Source: Spizellomyces punctatus DAOM BR117
Taxonomy: Eukaryota
Strand: one strand, 5' to 3'
Length of the DNA stretch: 64,000 bases
NCBI GenBank assembly: GCA_000182565.2
Contig: KQ257450.1
Of the stretch, positions 10,226 through 23,950 are shown piece after piece. The notes beneath the pieces were generated by a model. That model did not search any database, was not told the DNA's origin, and saw only the letters and a program-made list of their open reading frames with translations. Both the position numbers and the translations under genes were made by a program. The first letter of the stretch is position 1. Each line of letters starts with the position of its first letter.

Positions 10226-13200
10226 ATGCAAATAAGGTACTTTGAAGCCCCTCGACGCTCTTGATTTGTGCACTAGCCAGCTCTTCTGTGGTTAAAGCCG
10301 TACTGTGTTTATATGGGAAGGCACTTGAAATCGATCATACCACAGGCAGATTCACCGCAGCGAGTCACTGCACTGGCATGGTCGCAAAATAATCAGAAAC
10401 TAGCCGTCGTCGGCCTCGACAGAGTGGTGCAACTTTTTGACGAAACTGGGGAAAGAAAGGATCGATTCGCTACCAAGCCGGGTGATCCGAAAGTAAGGAG
10501 GGCCTTACTGCCGTTATATCGATCTCAATAATGAATAGCTTACTGACTGCGTACTTGAATATTAGGCCGCAAAGTCGTACTACATATGCGGGTTAGCGTT
10601 TTCTCCTGACTCGACGAAATTGGCAGTCGCCCAGTCCGACAATGCTGTCTTCGTGTACAGACTTGGCCTTGAATGGGGAGAGAAAAAGTCAATTGTGAAT
10701 AAGTTTATACAAGCGGCAGAAATAACTTGCCTCACATGGCCGAAAGAGCAACCAAACGCTCTGGTGTTCGGTCTTGCGGACGGCAAGGTGTGCTGTGCAA
10801 AACGAGAAGCATTATCAAACGACCTTTTTCACTGATGCAGGTGCTCAACAAAGGTACGGGTAGGGAATCTGAAGACCAATAAGGCGGCCACGCTTTATCA
10901 AACCGACAGTTGCGTAGTATCGGCGGCCAGCAGTGTCGACGGAAATGCTATAATAACTGGACACTTGGACGGGTCCATCAATCGCTTCTTCTTTGATGAT
11001 GGAATATCTGGCGCTTCACAGGTATTGAATGAAGCTGCTGTTAAGCCCCCTTCATTGTCCACTCTAACCCACCCGTGCTGCAGGGAAAATTTGCAACGCA
11101 TCAATGTGCACCAATTGCGCTTTCCTGGGGCGAGAGCGTTGTCGCATCTGGAAGTGACCGTGTTGTAGTGTTTTATGATCAAGAAGGTCAGCCGTACCAT
11201 CCAATGTTGTCATCGCTTGCCCCCTGAAGGCAATTCATTTACGAATTTATGAATGTACAGGGCGAGTGATGCAAGAGTTTGACTACAGTCGGGACGATGA
11301 AGAGCAAGATTTCACGGTCGCAGAGTTTAGCCCGAGTGGTCAAAGCGTTGTCCTTGGAAGCTATAATCGGTAACCGATCACCGGAGTATCGGACGAGGCA
11401 CAATCTCAGCACTGATATTTGACCAATAGGTTTCATGTCTACAACTACATTGGCTCAACTGGACAATGGGAGGAAGCCCCATTGAAAACAATCGAAAACT
11501 TCTACACTGTTTCTGCCATATCATGGAAACCTGATGGGTCTCGTCTAGTTGCAGTAGGAAGATATTGCACTTGATAACATTTTTCAGAAGTTGAAATTGA
11601 TAGACAGTTTGTTTAGGGAAATATGTGCGGGGCTGTGGAACTGTTTGATTGTTGCCTCCGCCGATCGCGATACAAGGGCAAATTTGAATTCACTTACGTA
11701 TCGCCGAGTCAAGTTATCGTGAAGCGATTATCGACTGGATCCAGGATCGTCCTCAAGTCCCATTATGGTTACGAAATACAGAAAGTTAACATATTCAGGG
11801 ATCAGTATCTCATCGCGAACACACCCGACACACTGTTAATGGGCGATCTGGCTACATGCAAGCTCAGCGAGGTGCATTTGATTGAGTCAATTTCATGGAT
11901 GATACTTCAGATTGACTGTGCATCAATCCCGTCTAGATTCCATGGCAAGGCAGCGGGCAGGAAAAATTCTACTTTGAGAATCCCGCGGTCTGCATGGTTT
12001 TCAATGCAGGCGAGCTGTCGTTAGTCGAATACGGAGTGAACGAAGTCCTTGGATCCTGTAGGACGGAGCACATGAGCCCTCATTTGATTAGGTTTGGACG
12101 GCAATAGCACAACGCTTGGAGCCTCATCTGCGTTCTTACATTTTGATAAATTGCACCGTTTACAGTGTTCGATTGAACGAACGGAAGAATGAAGAAGACG
12201 TGAAGAGAGTCGCTTATCTTATCGATCTACAAACTATCAGCGTTTTGGATCTAAATAGCTCTGTCACACTGGCAACAATAAATCATGACAGTCGGATTGA
12301 CTGGTTAGAGGTATGCTTAAAGATTGGAGATGATATATATGCATTAGTTTATCCATTTGCTATCAGTTGTCAGGCAAAGCAAACAAGTTGCTTTTCAGAG
12401 ACAAGAAACGCCAACTCCATCTCTACGACATCCCTAGCCAGACCCGATCAACTCTGTTGAACTTCTGTAGCTACGTCCAGGTACTTGTGATTTTCCGTTG
12501 GAGACAAATATGCCATGATTTAACTTACCGATGGGAGTATCATGTGCACAGTGGGTCCCAAATAGTGATGTCGTCGTCGCCCAAAGTCGCGGAAATCTCT
12601 GTATTTGGTACTCCATCGATTCCCCAGAAAGAGTTACAATGTTCCCTATAAAGGTGATTGGAATTGTAAAAAAGGCTAAAGAAAGATTTATATGTTGAAT
12701 AAATAAAACAATCGACAGGGTGAAGTGGAAGACATTGAACGAAATGATGGAAAGACCGAAGTCATTGTGGACGAGGGTGTAAATACCGTGTCGTACACCC
12801 TCGATGAAGGTCTCATCGAGTTTGGCACGGCCATTGATGACAAGGATTATGAACGGTAACAGGGAATGACTGGTTTTGCCGGAAGGACCTTGGGTCTCAT
12901 GCATAATTACGAATGTAGAGCAGTAGCGCTGCTCGAAACGCTTGAAATCACGCCAGAGACGGATGCGATGTGGAAGAGCTTGAGTCAGATGGCACTAAAG
13001 GATCGGAACTTGACCATCGCAGAAAGGTTGGCAATTTGAGCTTTTTGATCTTGTGGAGACCAGCTCTTGACGTATATTGACAGGTGTTTTGCCGCCCTGG
13101 GCGACGTCGCTCGTACCCGCTACCTGCATCAGGTTAATATAGCAGCCATTGCTGTTGCAGCTGAAAGCCCTCTGGTATTTACATACGTGAAGCGGGTTTA

Positions 13201-16200
13201 ATCTATTGGACTAAGTTTTTACTGTAATTCTCAAGCCCCCGACAGATCATTATTCCATCAAAGCACGACTGGCCATTCTCGACAAGCAGTTCAAAGTTGC
13301 CGAAGCGATCTATCTTGAGCAGGTGAGGCACTATAATTGATTCAAATATACCTGCTTCCTCACGCTGGCAATGCAGGGAAAAATAGAAGAAGCCATGGAA
13401 ATGTATCAGGAGCTACATAAATGGAACCTCTCCATTAAAGTGGCGGAAGCGAAGAATCATCCGGAGCTGGATACTTTGAAGCGAAACTATTTCCAGTGGC
13501 TGATTGATTCGGGCCAGGAGGACAAAGCTGGTAACATTGTGGAGTGAATTCTCGGAAGCAACACCGGATATTAATGATTGGGGCTGTTTAGGTCAGCTTA
13601 AAGAAGAAGAAGGTGATTTAGTGGCGGCAGTCAATCTTTATATGAAAGGAGGTAGAGTCTCAGTGTCCAAGAGCCATGCAATAAATAACAGGCTAATGAC
13701 ACCACTTCCATAGGCATGCCGGCACGAGCAGCAAGTCTGCTGAATGCACACCGTCTGACATCGGATACTGCGTTGACCGAGCGTGTCGCGGCGGCCTTAT
13801 TTAAACAGGGTCTCTATGAAAAGGTATGGATATTTTCCGAGGGCAGAGTATACCCTTTTGATATTTTTCTCACCGTTTGGACAGGCAGGAGAGCTCTATG
13901 AAAAGATGGGAGGCAACGAACGAGCGCTTGATGCATACCGACGGGGGAAAGCTTTCCGTGCAGCCGTGGATCTTGCACGCGCCGTCTTCCCGCAGGAAGT
14001 TGTCAAATTGCAAGAGGTTGGAAACGATACTTCTCGTGTAGTTGGAGAGTATCAGTATCTGATATCTATCTTTGACAGCAATGGGGAGACCATCTTGTGT
14101 CTCAGAAGCAAATGGATGGTGCCGTAAACCATTATATCGAGGCTGGGCGCTCCTTTAAAGCAATTGAGGCTGCAATCGCTGCGAAGCAGGTGCGTATTGT
14201 TCTACTATACCTCAAACATGCAAGAGAAACCTATTGACACCTGTATTGTCCGCAGTGGAAAAAGGCTGTTGGAATCGTGGATTCCCTTCAACCACAAGAA
14301 AGTGGCAAGCCCTACTTTTTGCAGTTGGCAGCACACTTTGCGGATGTACGTGAATACAGTCAGGCAGAAAAGTACTATGTCATGGCGGGACGCCCGCAAG
14401 ACGCTGTGGAAATGTACACGAAAGCCGCCAGGTGGGATAGTGCTCATGCACTAGCGACAACGTACATGTCCCCAGAAGACGTGGCATTCCTCTATATATC
14501 TCAAGCCAGAGAATTGGAAGCGCAAGGTTTGTTCATCATGGAAGAGCGTTTTTGGGCACCATTTTTACACAATCATATCCTCGTACAGGAAAGCTCAAAG
14601 ATGCAGAGAAGCTATATCTTACTGTTAATGAACCGGATCTTGCTATCAACATGTACAAAAATCACAAGCAATACGACCAGATGATCCGTCTGGTCACGAT
14701 GTACCACAAGGACTTGCTGGTTGAGACGCACATTTACTTGGCAAAGTCGCTAGAGACTGAAGGCAATTATAAGCAAGCGGAGCACCACTATGTTGAAGGG
14801 AAGGACTGGAAATCGGCCATTAACATGTATTGTGCAAACAATATGTACGAGGAGGCATATCGGGTAAGTGACCAGAGCAGATACTGTCCAGCCTCAGTCA
14901 GTCCAAAGTTGAAATGGTCATACGTTATAGGTTGCTAAAGCGCATGGAGGTCCAAACTCTGCCAAGCAGGTGGCCTACCTGTGGGCAAGGTCATTGGGAG
15001 GCGAATCTGCCGTTAAACTCCTCAGCAAGTTTGGCCTTTTGGACGCTGCAATCGACTTTGCTACTGAGAATGGGGCTTTTGATTTTGCATTCGAGCTGAG
15101 TCGCTTTGCTGATAAGCACAAGCTTGCGGATGTTCATTATAAGCATGCCATGTTTTTGGAAGACGAAGGAAAGTTTAAAGAGGCGGAGCAGGCATTTGTT
15201 CTCGCAGGAAAGCCCAAGGAGGCCATTCTCATGTACATTCACAACGAGGACTGGGATGCCTCTCTTGCGGTTGCGGAAGCTTACGATCAGGGAAGTATCC
15301 CCGAAGTGTTGATAGGACAAGCAAGAGTGTCCTTTGAGCGCAAAGAATTCTCTAAAGCAGAATCCTTGCTTCTGCGGGCGCAAAGACCAGAATTGGCGAT
15401 AAAGTTTTACCGGGACGGAAAGATGTGGAATGAGGCGATGCGGTTTGCAAAAGAGTATCTACCCAGCAAGATGAACGAGCTAAACTTGGAATATGATCGC
15501 TTCATTTCGGGCAAGACGGACAAGGGCATGGAAGACATTGTGTCGACGGCAAAATTGTTGGAGCAACAGCAAGAATACTCCCGAGCCATTGACATGTACC
15601 TGAAACTGACTGCGACGCACACAAGCGACTATGCCTTCCTGCAGGAATTCTGGGAAAAAGCAGTAGAGCTTGCCATGAAATTTGTACCTGAGCGAGGCAA
15701 CGAAGTAGTGGAAACAGTTTGTGCTCGGCTTATTGAAATCAAGAGATACGAAGCCGCCGCGGATCTATTTGCAGGAATGGAGATGTACAAAGACGCGATT
15801 GATTCATATATGCTCGCCGGATTATGGGATAGGGCTAAGGAGATGCTGGAATACGCGCCCAAGTATGCCGACTATATTGAAAATGCATACGTAGCGCATC
15901 TGAAGAGTACGGGACATGCGGAGGACTTGGTCAACGTTGATGTCCTCGCGGCACTGGATATGTATGCGCAGCGCGGTGAATGGGACAAGTGTCTAGAGAC
16001 AGCCTCTTCTCAGGTAAGATGGAAAATGAGTTCAAAAAGGTGCATTTTGCTCCAGATCTGACATCATTAAACGTAGGGACCGGAGGCATTGAATAAGTAT
16101 CTTGTCTCCTACTGCGCAACGCTGATCAAGCAGAAGAAATATGACAGCGCGGTCGCAACGATCAGCAAGTATGATGTACCATCCTCACCCACAAACTTTG

Positions 16201-17310
16201 ACCTCTACACACGACTCTCTCGGGAAATCTTCCAAAGTGGTTCAACAGAGACGATTTCCGCCTTGCGAGAAATGCTGTTCAAACTGGTCAGCAGTTTTAT
16301 TCAAGTTACACTAAGTGGAACTAGTGAGATTCTAATGATAGTTTGCTTCCGTTGATGCAGGTGCATGGCATGTCCGTCAGTCCGCAACCTGGTATCCCCC
16401 CAGAATTTGAAACATACCTGTTCATCAGCCACCTGATTACCATGAAGCATTATTGCACCAAGAAGCGCGACCTGCTCTACTTTGCCGCGAAGCAAGCGAT
16501 TTCCACACTTCGGTATACAAAATATGTACCTGCAGATCATGCCTTCTATGCTGCCGGGGAAGCTGCCAAGGTACGCGGATGAGAGTATGAGATTGTGAAT
16601 ACCAAAGCTTTTGATTCACGGATTACGCTTCGCATCTGATTCTAGGCAGCTGGCATGAATAATATGGCATTTGTTTGTTGGAACCGTTTTCTGGATATAA
16701 GCGAAGCCATAGAAGAAGGGGACGCCTCTATGTTAGAAAATGCCGACTTTCAGAATACAGATGTGCCTTTCGACATAGAGCTGCCTTTGGAAAACATGCC
16801 GGTACTGACTGTATACTGATGCATGGTGTTGATGACCCACTATCTGAAAGTCTGTCGCAGGAGGCGAAGAGAGAGGAAGTTCGCGACTGGGTGTTACAAA
16901 TCTCCCTCGACCAGAAAGTGAATCAGGAAGTCGACCGACGTGAATGTGATGATTGTGGGACAAGTATATACGATGCAAGCCTGTCCTGCTTTAACTGTCA
17001 CGCAAAGTGGGAACCGTGTGTGGTGACTGGTAGGTTCATACTAGCGCTGGGGTCGGGATCTCGATCTTCTAATCAGACCATGAATATCACCAGGTTATCC
17101 GGTTCTACGCAACAAGGCGAAATGTAGCGCCTGCAGTCGACCGGCAAATAAGGATGACTGGAATAAATTTGTGATGATTGAAAGAGTAAGTGCTTCTCTT
17201 GCGCGTCAACACAAATCTAGACTGTATACTAAACAATTTTGCTTCTTACACTTCTGCAGGTGTGTCCCTGGTGTGGTAATTCGCAAAGTCCACAATATTT
17301 TGCGCATTAG
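10226..17310 (+). CDS. IFT172: Intraflagellar transport protein 172, many exons
   Basis: Micro-exon ATGCAAATAAG splices to give MQIRHLKSII...[11 protein letters not shown]...[13 protein letters not shown]40 N-terminus, long TPR-like region, C-terminal PCVVTGYPV...[10 protein letters not shown]. Confidence 0.97.
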
Positions 17311-17594
17311 AGTGGATAAACAGTGTGTATCTTTATGTAATGTACAAATTCTTAATACGAAGTTTCTTTAGGAGATGACTTTTGCACGCTAAGCACATGT
17401 CTCTGTGGTACCGCGTCCGTAATAGAGAAGCAGACTGCAGCGGTTACAATCACCCTTTCCACTCGAGAATGGTGGGTAGCTGATGGCTTCGAAAGGACGT
17501 GTAATGACTGGTTGACTGGTTGGTCTCAGCTCGGCGGGTCCTTAGCACTGTAGGGTTTTGATGTATGCATATGCATAAGTGCCGGCCAGCAATG

Positions 17595-19588
17595 TCATGC
17601 CGCAGCCATTGCCTTTTCAATGGCATTCTGGTAAATGTCCACCTGTGACGCAAGTTTGCCAATAAGGTCTTCAAGGCCGGCAGCATCGATCGCTTCCTGC
17701 TTTTGTAGATCCGCAGCCTTTGAATTTTGCGACTTGTTAAAACATTTCCTATTGTGCTCTCTCCAGTGACGGACATGCCCGTACCTTCTCCTCAGTCATG
17801 ATTGTAACCTTTTCATTCTCGTCGGCTTTCGCTTGAGACTGTGCCCGCTCCGTCATCGCCAACCGGTACTCTTCTTTCAACTTTTCCAGCTTTGATGATA
17901 TGGCGTCATTTTTGACCGACTGATGCTTTTCGAGACGGGCGAGCTTATCCTTCGCACTGTTGAGCTGTCTCTTTAATTGCTGCAAATTCACTCATCCTGT
18001 TACAATCGTCGCTCTGTCTACTGCTCAAATAACGGCTAATTCTTACCTCCTCCTTGATATCTAGCTCGCGAATCTCTGCACGCTTCTTATCAATGTTCTC
18101 TTTGTCAGTCGACACTTTCTTCAGTGCTGTCTCCGCCTTCTGCCGTTCCACTTCGCATTCGTCCATCAGCTTTAAGCAGGTGACGATATCCTGTAATGCC
18201 ACATCAGTTATTCCAGTCAGCGGCAACTAAACATCATTGAGGCCACTGACCTGTTCAACCAAGCTCATCATGTCAATCTTATTCTGTAGTTCGCGAGCTT
18301 TCTTTTCGGTCGCAGCTATTGTGGCTTTGTCGCTTTGCAAAGAATTGTTCATCTCGCTAATGGACTGGCATAAAAGCAATTCAGGTTTTTCATTTACCAG
18401 GACATTTCTGCGAACGCGGGCAACTTACCGCTTTCAGCTTTTCCGGACTCTGAACTATGCGTGATTTTAGTCGGATGCAGTCCTGCTTGAGGTTCATTAT
18501 GGTCATTTGAGTCTTTGCCTGGCGGGATTGAAAGCTCAACGTGAGGAATTTTACTTGAATGACAAGAGTGTGCAAATGCTTTGACAAGTACCAGTTTTTC
18601 AGCCAGATCTGTCTTTTCTTTTTTCAAAGCCTCAGCTTCCGATGTAAGCGCCGTTTGCTGCTTTTTCAGCTCCCTGAGATCGGCTGTCAGGGTAGAGTTT
18701 GCATCCCGTAATTTCTGAGCAGCAGGCTCTTGTTCAGCACGCTGCAGTCTTTTGCCGCGACCGAGATTAGAAGCAAGTTACGGTGAAATAAACAAGATTC
18801 CAAATAATTTTACCGCAGCGTGTTCACTTGTTCTGACAGTTCGCGATTCTTTTGTTCCAACATGTCCTTTCTTGCGAGAGCTTCTTCCTAAGATTCCGAG
18901 GTCCCGTAAGGGAAGCGCATATAACGCTATCTTATAAAGGAATACATACCGCCTTTTGATTACATGTTTCAAATACGCCCATTCGCTCTTCCCTGAATTT
19001 GGCAAAATTGATGATTGCGCTCAGGCATCGACGTACGCGCGGTGGTTCGGGGCGTAAGACGTCACGCATACTAAAGTCATCCACTCCCACTTCCACCATT
19101 AACTTTCGTCTAGTAAAAGGGACAAAAACTGCGTTGATGAGCTGACGCATTACAATACTAAAGGTCTAGCGTGCTTGGTCAAGTTGTCAATGACTTTCCA
19201 CTTTTTCCTTTATCGCGCGCGCTCCCCAAGAGATAGGGCCGTTGTTTTGTCTTTTGACCAGCGAGGATGTGGCGCCCAGATCAGAGTTTGCGGGCTCTAC
19301 TTACAATTGTCTATAGTATGCAATCAGTCCTATCGAATCTTGGTGCAAGTCTGGGTGTTCGAGGATCTGCATTGCGCTAAAGCTCGGTTGACCATATTGT
19401 TCGCGGGTGACACCCATGAGGATTTCTGTGAAATGTTCGTAGACGGTCAAGATGCGTTGCATTGTGGGTTTTGTCAAGTCTTCCTCGCTAAAGGGCATTC
19501 CCAAATCGGTCATGCATCTCAACAGTTCGGAAGGCTTGAGGACGGGAAATGAAAAGGAACCCGCCGTATGGCGGCCTCCATAGTCCAT
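17595..19588 (-). CDS. NUF2: Kinetochore protein Nuf2 (NDC80 complex)
   Basis: FSFPVLKPSELL...EDLTKPT, VGVDDFSMRDVLRPEPPRVRRCLSAIINFAKFREER, KSRIVQSPEKLK, then a coiled-coil C-terminus. Confidence 0.95.
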
Positions 19589-20500
19589 TTCTGCTAACAA
19601 GAGTGAAACTTGTTAAAAGCGAGAAATAGCTGGTTGACGGAGAGTGAAACGCGTCGACCGTGTCCGAATCGAGTGGACAAATTCCCGTGGAAACACAAGT
19701 GTCATCATCATGCGTACCATAGAAATTGATTTGTTTATACAATAAGAAAAAGAAAAATGCTATTGCCGCTTTCACATGGCGGCCATTGGCGAGTTTCCCA
19801 ACGGCAACAAGGAAGGAAGGAAGAGATACAAGGCAAAACAGAAGAACGTCATAAAAAGACAAGAAAAAAAATAATTTTGAAAGTCTGTCGCTTTGAATGG
19901 GCTGTCCAAAAGCCAAAGATTAATCATCCAGATCAAGACAACTTCTTTGACAGTTTACGCCGTTTATGAAAAAGAAAATGGAAAAGCGGTCCTTGTAACC
20001 CTTTTTTTGCTCTTGTCTGATACGACACTCTTTACTGCACTCTGTGTGGTAAGTTGTGACGTGTCATGTGTCGTACACACAGGCAAGGGGGGTTATGCTA
20101 GTTATTTCACTATATGAAAAATGGTCACATGGGAATAGAGCGTTTGAATAAAGTCAGGTCTCCCCCCCCCCCATCCGCCCTCCGTCGTCGTCGTCGTCGT
20201 TTTTCCCTTTTGGTTGATTTGCCAGAAACTTTTTGTTTTGCGCGAGCAGATCCTCATAGTTTCCTTTTTTTTTTTATTGGATTTTTTCTTTTAGCTTGCT
20301 TTTGTTTTCCATACAAAAAGCTGTATGTTGTTTGTCGTTTGTCTGGATTCTCATTGATCATTTCTAACTTGTAAGTCAACTGCTTTTGCTTCTCCGTGCA
20401 GTAGCAACCCATTGCTGGTAGGTTTATTCATGTTATAGTTAACATCACCTTGCTCATTTTTGAATAAACAATAGCATCCCTCTTTTGCCCTACAGATAGC

Positions 20501-23409
20501 ATGAGCGCTGTCGCTGTAGCCACCCCAGTTCCCGTGCCTGGGCCTGCGACCGCGGACACTGTGCCTGAACTCACTCCCGTGGTTGTCGAGTCGGCTCCCA
20601 CGCCTGCTGAACCGGAGGCTCCTGCCGCCGTGCCAGAGGAAACCGCAACTGAAAAGCCTACTGAAAGCCCCGCTGAGGAAACCGTTGCTCCCGAAGAGGC
20701 CGCGGTTGTCGTCGAGGAGCAAACAGAAGTAAAGGAACTCTCCAGCGGATGGCTCAAAAAGCTGAATCGATTCAGCATTCCCCTTTCGAAACGCTTTTAC
20801 ATCGTCGGAGAGGACAAAGGCATCTCCCTTGAGCAGCTGGTTCTGGTTCACAAAAAAAAGGTGTCCCGCAACGCTTCTCCCTCTGCGGATGCAAACAAAT
20901 CCTACGCTACCCAGAATGCTGACCTCTTCAGCGACTTGGCTATGGTAAGACGGATCTCTTGAAATTTTGACCGCGATTAGGGATGACTCACTTTCGCGTT
21001 TCAAGGCCACTGTCTCGTTGAAAGGCTTCATCTTGGCCTACAGGTCCGAGAATGCTGCAGAACAAACCCAGCCTGTCGCTCTCATCAACCTTCGCAACTT
21101 GGTAAGCGTTACCCCGGGAACTGGTGCCAATTTTTCTGTACGTCTCGCCCGCCCGCAGCGTACATACACCTTTGCCGCCGCGTCACCCGCCGAAGCTCAG
21201 TCCTGGGTTAAGACGCTTGAAAATATCAAAAAGAGCACTGACGATTTGCCCAAAATGGAGGAAAGTGAAGAATTCAAAGCAGCGTTAAACAGTTTGGGTA
21301 AGATCGTATGCCGTCCATCTTTTGGACATGGATAGAGTCTCACAATTTCCGTCACAATAGAATCTCGCAAGGCCTTCAGTACCTCCAAGCCAAAGGCAGT
21401 GGAAGGCATTTTGTCTGACAGCGACGCACCTCTGACGGAAGAGGACCCTGAAGTGCCTAACCCTGCTGCTGAAAGTTCAAAGAAGAAAAGATTCTCATTG
21501 TTTGCACGCGCGGCCCCAGTAACAACCTCTGAGGAAGCGGTGGCCCAAATTGCACCGGTTGCCGAAGCTCAGGAGGAAATTCCTGCGGTACAGACAACCG
21601 AAACTCCCGTTGCAGAATCTGAGCCAGAGCCTACAAAAGTGGAGAAGGAAAAGGAATTGCCTGAGCAACCAGCGCCCAAGACTGAGACCAATAAGCCTAC
21701 TACGCCCAAGAAGGAAGGTTTCTTGGCCAGTCTATCAAGCTTAGCAAAGAAAAAAACTCGCAAGGTAAGCTTTTTGATGTGTTCTGGCCGGAAATCGTTA
21801 CCACCGATATTCAACCCTCCGTGATACAGGACTCGGCTCCGAGCCAAGCGGAGGATTCAAAGGCTGCTGCCGCAGCTGAACCGTCCATCGCCGCCGTGGA
21901 CATTGTCGCAGAGGTAGCGTCGGAGACTCCAGCTGTTGAGGCCGCTTCAGCGCCGAGCAAGGAAGTCCCGGTTGAAGGCGCTACCGCGGTTGAGGAAATA
22001 CCGGCCGAAGCCAAAGCTGAAGAGGTGAAGGAAGAGGTCGTTGTCGTGGAGACGGTTCCAGAAGTGGTGGAGAAGGAATTGCCAGTAGAGGCAGGGAAGG
22101 CAGAGCCTGTGGAGGAGAAGCCGGAAGAGGTTGCGCTCGAGAGTCCTGTAGCTGCAGTTGCCGAGGCGCCGGCGACCGAGGAGAGCAAGGAATCCGTGGC
22201 GGAACCAGCTGAACCCGCAACGCAACCAGCTTCTCCCAGCGCCAAGAAGCACTTCTTTACAGATTTCCACACTTTGTTCCGGAAGGTAAGGACCCTTTAG
22301 ATTCAGGACAGCTACGTATATGCACTAAGCTGATGTTGCTTGCAGGGCACAAAGTCTGCTGCGACGCCAAAGGCCGACGAAGCACCGGTAGCGGTACCTC
22401 AGCCGGAAACGGAAAAGGCGGCTGAGGAAGCGTCTCCCTCCAAGGAGGAGACCAAGGAGGAGACCAAGGAGGAGACCAAGGAGGAAACCAAGGAGGAACC
22501 CAAGGAAGAAACTGCTACGGCAGAAGCCGTGCATGGAGAGTCTGCACCAGTTGAAACTGCTAAAGATGCCGCCGCCCCTGTGAGCCCCACGCCAAAGATA
22601 AAAAAGAGGTATGTCATTCGTCGTGCAGTCGTTGTGTATCCGCAAGTGATCCTGACCTGGTGGCCGTCTCCTTGCCAGGCTCACCTCATTCTTTGGCTTC
22701 GGCGCCCCTAAAAAGGAAGCTAGCAAGAGTGACATTCCCGAAGCACCTAAAGAAACAGTGATCCCGGAGGAAACAGCAGACGCTCCGAGCGAGCCCAGTG
22801 AGGCCGTTCCGGAAGAAGCACCGGCTGTAGTGCCCGAAGCTACCGAGGCCAAAGTTGATGCCGCTATCGCAAAGCAGGAGGAGGCGGCCCAAGAAGCCGT
22901 TGCCGCCACAGAAGAAGCACAACTTGAAGCTGCTGTGGCTCCAGCTGCAGAAGAAGCCAAGGCCGAAGAAGCAGTTGCCACCGAGAGTTCACCCACCCAG
23001 GCCCACAAGGGATTTTTCGGCATCGGAAAAAGGCCCAACACTTTGAAAAAGTATGTATCTGGGTAATCGGGGACCTACATCAACGATGCGATGGCTGACG
23101 AGTTCATTCATCATTGTTAGGTTGTTCTCTTTCACTAAAAAGGCCCCTGCTCCTGCCGCAACTGAGGAAGTGAAAGCTGAGGAGGGCAGCAAGGAACCGG
23201 TTGAAACCGAAGCTGCGGCGACGACAGAAGCACCCGCCAGTGCGGTTGCCGAAGAGAAAACTACTGCCCCCACTCTTGATGTTCCTGTTACCGAATCTTC
23301 TATCGTCGAGGCCGTTGAAGCTGCCGCCAAAGCCGTTTCTGAGCCAAGCGCTACTGCAGCAGCTGCTGAGCCATCAGAGGTGACGCCAGAAGCAATCAAG
23401 TCGCAATAA
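20501..23409 (+). CDS. PH-domain protein with long acidic Glu/Ala/Pro-rich disordered regions and repeated basic-aromatic motifs
   Basis: PH signature SGWLKKLNRF...KRFYIV...RTYTFAAASPAEAQSWVKTLE; consecutive E/A/P-rich ORFs joined by GT-AG introns. Confidence 0.8.
22441..22512 (+). repeat. Coding tandem repeat, 12-bp unit (CAAGGAGGAGAC) x~6 encoding KEET
   Basis: Direct reading; translates to KEETKEETKEETKEETKEEPKEET. Confidence 0.95.
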
Positions 23410-23746
23410 TCAGGAAGACTGCGATCCTAGTGGTGACCATTTCTATGCAATACAAATAGCCGGAGCATGTAATAATTAGTTTTCGTTATCTTGTTGTTAA
23501 GTAGTTTTCTTTGTTGATGATATCTTGTCGTCCTTTTGCATGTTAGTGGTAGTTTATAGCGTATATCATTCACACGTTACGTAGTGTCTCCTAAAATGGA
23601 AGCCTTTGTCTGCATATTGGTTTGATATGGTTTGATGTGGTGCTTTCTAGACATGATTTCTTGCATAGAATCCGATACTCACATCCATATTTCAGAAAGC
23701 TCCTAGGTATAGCATTTCAAAATTGTGGGTTTGATGCACTTGGTAT

Positions 23747-23950
23747 ATGTTGGGATTGATTCATTTCATCAAAATTGTCAGATAATGGAAACTAAATAAC
23801 TCATGCAATGTTGGATTGATTGATTTCATCAAAATTGTCAGATAATGAACTTGCATGAGTTCTGAACTTGGTGAATTGATCAGAATATATCTGAAGGGTT
23901 GGAAGTATAAGTGAATTGATCAGAATATATCTGAAAGGTTGGAAGTATAA
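23747..23950. repeat. Two adjacent ~40-bp direct duplications (23747-23787 / 23808-23847 and tandem 23871-23910 / 23911-23950)
   Basis: GTGAATTGATCAGAATATATCTGAARGGTTGGAAGTATAA twice with one mismatch; ATTTCATCAAAATTGTCAGATAATG twice. Confidence 0.9.

Noticed and set aside
9925..10228. Overlapping start codons in the CATG palindrome (minus ORF 9925..10227 and the IFT172 ATG)
   Set aside because: The minus ORF stops before the cyclin donor site and does not splice into the cyclin frame; likely incidental.
17595..19588. NUF2 proximity as support for the centromere hypothesis
   Set aside because: Kinetochore genes have no established tendency to lie near centromeres; treated as coincidence.
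19649..19654. MCB element ACGCGT upstream of NUF2
   Set aside because: A single 6-mer in a CpG-rich genome is not distinguishable from chance.
20351..23399. Long antisense ORFs over the PH-domain gene, and similar ones over FOL1, SPEF2 and IFT172
   Set aside because: Shadow ORFs caused by codon and compositional bias of the sense gene.
23871..23950. CRISPR-like repeats
   Set aside because: Only two adjacent copies with no spacers, in a eukaryotic context.
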